Source: Lama guanicoe
Taxonomy: Eukaryota
Direction: 5' to 3'
DNA: 64,000 nt
Assembly: GCA_013239625.1 (NCBI GenBank)
Contig: MU053881.1
Span: 5,851,957 to 5,915,956, forward strand
The position numbers and the translations under genes are program-made. The notes beneath the pieces were generated by a model. The model was given only the letters and a program-made list of their open reading frames with translations. It was not told the DNA's origin and searched no databases. This document shows, in pieces, positions 59,700-64,000 of the stretch (position 1 is the stretch's first letter; the number at the start of each line of letters is the position of its first letter).

Positions 59700-60560
59700 G
59701 ACATCAAAGTGTTCTTACAAAACAGCATCCTAATGGCTTAAGTATCAATGAATCAGGGACATATGGATCTCATTTGCCATAAAGTGCACACGGGCTTAAA
59801 AATCCTGAGGAAAAATGCCAGGCAAAATATGTTTCAGGTTTTATTGAACCAAAAAACTCTAAGAAGATAGATTTTCGACGGTCACCAAACCCAGAAGACA
59901 GGTCGAGCCTTCCAGGCTGACCGGAGAGAGCGCTCAGCTCCCTTAAGCCATAGTAGCTTAAGCCGTGGCCCTTGATGGCAGAGACAATTTAAGTGAGAGT
60001 TTGATGTAATTGAGGCATAAAGGGCTTTTATAGGCCCTTTTCTTTACAGGAACACTTTCAGTGTGTTTGAGAAGAGCTTAGCTAATTTTCTGGGAGAATT
60101 CAGTAGGGCTGAAATTCAGACGTCACCTGGGGGGGGCAATGGTATTTGGATGTCTTAATTCTCTGGGGGAACGTGCAGGAAAGATGACGTCGCAAAATCT
60201 CCCCAGAAAAATCTCGTTTATCCCCCCTAACTTTGACAATGTAGCCTACGGGGGAGAAGATGGAAGGAACGAGAAAAGGAGGAGAGAAAAGGAGCAAGGA
60301 AGAAACAGAAAGAAGGAAGAAAGGGAAGGAATTTAGGGAATGATGGAGGGAGGGGAGAGAAAAGACCGTTTTAACGTTTTTCCCATAACCGAAGTTTCCA
60401 CAGCAGGAAAAACGGTGTCACACGACAAGGTCTTCGCAATTGAGCTGTTTTAAGTTCTGCATTCAATTTTTCTAGGCATATATTTCTCCCCGGCTTGCAA
60501 TCTTGCTTTGTGAGAAGTGTCATAAAGAAATGCTTTACCGTTAACGCGCTCTGACTGGAT
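59700..60560. promoter_or_regulatory. Candidate developmental enhancer block (TCF/LEF, Hox/Cdx-type and CRE-like motifs)
   Basis: Repeat-free by eye; ACATCAAAG, GCCATAAA, TTTTATTG, GGCATAAA, GTCATAAA, TGACGTCG. Confidence 0.35.
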
Positions 60561-60907
60561 CGTATTTCAGGTTGTTCCTCTCCAAGACATTATCCCAACG
60601 AGAATCCGTGTACTGCGGAGTGATCTGTCGGAGCCGCTTTAGAGGGACAGATGAGAGGATTGGAACGGGGCCCGGGCTTCGTAATGAAACCTTAGCCCAG
60701 ACAAGGGCCAAAGAGGAGGCTGTGGTTTGGGGGGTCTTGAGGAATTCACGTGGCTTCACCCTGGACGGGTTTGAAAGGGCTCAGCGCTGAAAGATGAGCA
60801 CGCCTGTCTTTTCTCTCCTCCCTCTTTGGTAGGTGAACCAGCTCTGGCCACTGATGCCTCACGCATGAGAACACCAGATTTCCATTTGGCTTTATTTTTA
60901 AGGTTTT

Positions 60908-60910
<3 letters not shown>

Positions 60911-60954
<44 letters not shown>
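60911..60954. repeat. (TG)22 microsatellite
   Basis: Direct read. Confidence 0.97.
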
Positions 60955-60956
<2 letters not shown>

Positions 60957-62294
60957 CTTGTCACTTTCAAGTGGAGTATGCTGTGTTATAAGTAAAACCC
61001 CACTTTCTCCCATCCTGATCGCACACCATATGAGCATGTGTGGGGGGGGTGGCAGTGGGGGATTTGGGAGGGGGTGCCTATTCATCGTTGGTCCACATGC
61101 ACCCGAAATTTCCCTTTGAAAATCCCAAGGCCTGGCCCACATCGACATGAAATTATTATGTACTTTTGTTGTACAACAAATTATCATCCTATACTGTTGC
61201 AACAGGCGTTTCTACAGAGAATGCAGGTTGTAGTAATTTTGTCATATGGAATAATATGTCACACAGACCATTCTGGATTTAGACCAATATATACAGTTTC
61301 TGGCCTAAGCAGTAACACATGTTTGGAGGAGAGACCGTTTCATTTTACTGGAATGGACAGTAAGTAGAAACACATTCCAGATTTCTTATTTTTTTTCCCC
61401 TGCCCTGAAATTTGGCAGCCGGAGTCCTCGCTGCACTTGATCTCAGGTTTTCAGCTGCTCACGAACCGTGGTGCTCAGAGCGTTATGATGCCTGTGCATC
61501 CAGTGACTGGTGCCTAATGAAACCTTAAATCACTGCCCAATAGGTTTCCCAGAACCCCTCCAAGAGCTGTTTGAAACGAATGCAAATGGCACTGCCCAAG
61601 AACATGCTAGCGAAAGTTTAGGACTTTTCTGATGTTAATTCTATGCTTTCGAAGCCCGGCCTTGTGGAAACCTCTCTTGTTTTTTTGGATGCTGTGTGAG
61701 CGGACTAAAGGGTGGGCAGCCTGGAGAGGGTGATGAAATGACTCCAGACCCTGGACATTCCAATTCAGAGATACTGGGGTGCCTGTTTACCTGGCTCCCC
61801 GAGAGAACACCGCATTGGTCTGGTTGGGGATGGCAGAGGCGGGTGGTGAAGTGGCTAGCCGGATCCATTTGCCGCAGCCAACTCCAGGGTCTGGAAAAGC
61901 GGAGACAGAGTTGGAGAAAGAAAGGGGATTCACGTCGACCGGACGCCCACTTTGCACCTACTTCATGCTTTGTACAAATTCGATGTCATGCAGATGCTCA
62001 CAATACCATTTACCGATGAGGAAACTGATATTCCAACGCCACGGTTTTTCTTTGGAATTTGATGATCGATTGGGCTCTCTGACCTCGAATCCAGGTTCTC
62101 TTCTCTCCTGCAGCACTTTGCCGGATGCCTCGCTCAGAGTAGGTCCTTGGTGACGCTTTATTTTTTTATGCGGTTATTTTGTGTAGGACCCACAGGATTA
62201 TAAGTTCTTGAGGTACTGGGACCTTGAATTTCCTCTATTGATCTTATTCCTTCTTTGGGGCCTCCTGTTAGTGGAGGGAATCCTTTAGAACAAA

Positions 62295-62502
62295 CAGTTG
62301 TTCTCAAGTGAGGACCATTTTGCTCCCTAGGGAACATCTGGCAGTCTCTGGCGACATTTTGGCTGCCACAGCTGGGCAGAGGGATGCTGCTGGCATTTAA
62401 TGGATAGAGACCAGGGATGCTGTTAACAGAGGACAGCCCCCCCGCCACAACAAAGAATTATATGGCCCCAAGTGTCACTAGCGCTGACACTGAGGAACCC
62501 TG
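62295..62502 (+). mobile_element. MER20 (hAT-Charlie)
   Basis: CAGTTGTTCTCAA..ATTTTGCTCCCTAGGGAACAT..CCAGGGATGCTG..ACAACAAAGAATTAT..GAACCCTG. Confidence 0.92.
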
Positions 62503-62694
62503 CTGGAGAAGAAAACAGGCCTTGTACTTGTAAAGACAATCTAAAGCAGCCTGAAATGCCTTGTTCTAAACACGTTCTAAAAAGAGACATAAATACTGAG
62601 AGTCGAAACCATGGTCCACCAAACTTAGCTCATAACCAAAACAAATTGAGAATCAGAAAGGGGTGAAGGGGCAGAGAGAGAATTGAGCCAGAAC

Positions 62695-62812
62695 AGGAGC
62701 TTCCTGAGGGCAAGGACTATGTTATATTAATTCTGAATCCCCTGTGCACAGCACAGGTCGTAGCATACCATTGGTGCTTAATAAATGTTTGCCGAGTGTC
62801 TGATTGAATGAA
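62695..62812 (+). mobile_element. L2 3' end
   Basis: TTCCTGAGGGCAAGGACTATGT..GGTGCTTAATAAATGTTTG..TGAATGAATG. Confidence 0.85.
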
Positions 62813-63344
62813 TGGAGCCCCTTGCTGTATGATGTCACGTTACCTCATACCCGCCACTGAACGGCTGCAAGTTCTCCGATCTGTTTAGTTCTGCAGCAGT
62901 GTCCCAGACGAGCGAGCTCCCTCCTAAGGCAGCCCGTGCTGTTTTGATGACTGTGAACATTAGAAAAGGTAACGGCTTCTAACTGTGATCAGGAGCCTCT
63001 TGCCTTGGGAAGGGGCCAGTAGCCGCTTTTGAAAAATCACTGGGGAAGATATGGCCAGGGTGAAACAGTATTCAACAGGGCCCAGGGCTGTGTCTTGGTC
63101 ACCACTCAACTCAGCCCCCAGGCCCTTTCCCAGGTCCCCACAGAGAAGAAGGGTTTACTTCCCTCACCCTGAAAAAGAGGTCTCATCCAGATGTCTGTGT
63201 CCACGATGTTCCCCTCCCAGGAAAGTTCCCTCCCTCTGCTGGACCTCTTTCTTTCCTGCCCCATTGAATCTGCTTTCTTGTCTCTGAAACAAGTACTTCC
63301 ATAAGTTAGAGCCTGAGCAGGTTCCAGTCTTGACTCTGTCACCA

Positions 63345-63470
63345 TGTGGCTGTGAGGCCTCGGTTTTCTCACCTCTAAAATGGGCATATGACACCTACCC
63401 CATAGGTGCCATCCCTGGAAAGTGATTATAAGAGGAATATTACTTCTTGAATGCTTGGCATGAACACGAT
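63345..63470 (+). mobile_element. MIR SINE
   Basis: GCCTCGGTTTTCTCACCTCTAAAATGGG..ACCTACCCCATAGG. Confidence 0.75.
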
Positions 63471-63479
63471 ACGTTCTGT

Positions 63480-63600
63480 TAACCCCATTTTAGTGCAAGG
63501 AAACTGAGGCCCAGAGAGAAGTGACTTGCTTGAGGTTTGACAGTTAGGAAGTAGAAGAGATGAATCCATCCGAGGACTCACTGGTTTCAGGGCTCAGCTG
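63480..63600 (-). mobile_element. MIR SINE
   Basis: CCCCATTTTAG..GGAAACTGAGGCCCAGAGAG..GTGACTTGC. Confidence 0.8.
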
Positions 63601-64000
63601 TTCTTCGCGGCTCCGTACCAATGCCCCGTGTATGCTTAATCAGCCAATTTCCCCTTCCCCTTTCTAGTTCAGCACTGAAGAATGGTCTTGGCTTGCTCTT
63701 TGATTGTTTCCTTGACGTGGTCTCAGTGCCTTAAATAACCTGTAAGCTCTGAAGGCCATGACCTCTCCTTTCCTGTGATCCACCCCCTTCCCACCCCCTC
63801 CCTTGTTTAGGCACAAGGTACGTGCTCAGAGGACATTTTCTGACTTGGAAAAAATATGGAAGGGCAGCGTCTTGCCCCCCATTCTATCCCTACACACACA
63901 CACACGTGGACTCATACTGCCATACGCTCATACAATTACTCACATGCACACACACACTCACATGCACACCCTGCCCCGGGGTCCCGTGTCCTTGGTGAGT

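Noticed and set aside
422..63394. Short ORFs of the six-frame track as genes
   Set aside because: All are under 200 aa, overlap on both strands, often lie in repeats, and show no recognisable domain apart from L1 ORF2 remnants.
63990..64000. Splice donor TTG|GTGAGT at the window end
   Set aside because: No supportable upstream acceptor or ORF, and the context is truncated.

Overview
Mammalian (eutherian) non-coding DNA. It is probably camelid: the one young SINE resembles the camelid tRNA-derived vic-1 family, and I saw no Alu, B1, Bov-A/Bov-tA, PRE-1 or Can-SINE copies. I recognise no intact protein-coding gene, rRNA, tRNA gene or CRISPR array. The only ORF-track peptides I can assign are decayed LINE-1 ORF2 C-terminal fragments. 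The window is a dense mosaic of ancient repeats (MIR, L2, L1M, MaLR/ERVL solo LTRs, hAT fossils), two younger 5'-truncated L1s with target-site duplications (TSDs), microsatellites, and repeat-free blocks that look like regulatory DNA. The most notable observations are: (i) a 40-bp TSD-flanked insert inside an L1 that looks like a captured mRNA 3' end; (ii) every L1 fragment lying on the minus strand, suggesting a long intron of a plus-strand transcript; (iii) several motif-dense candidate enhancers, including NRF1 and RFX sites inside fossil repeats. I found no convincing novel biological system. Repeat names come from recalled consensus sequences, and boundaries of old repeats are approximate (tens of bp).
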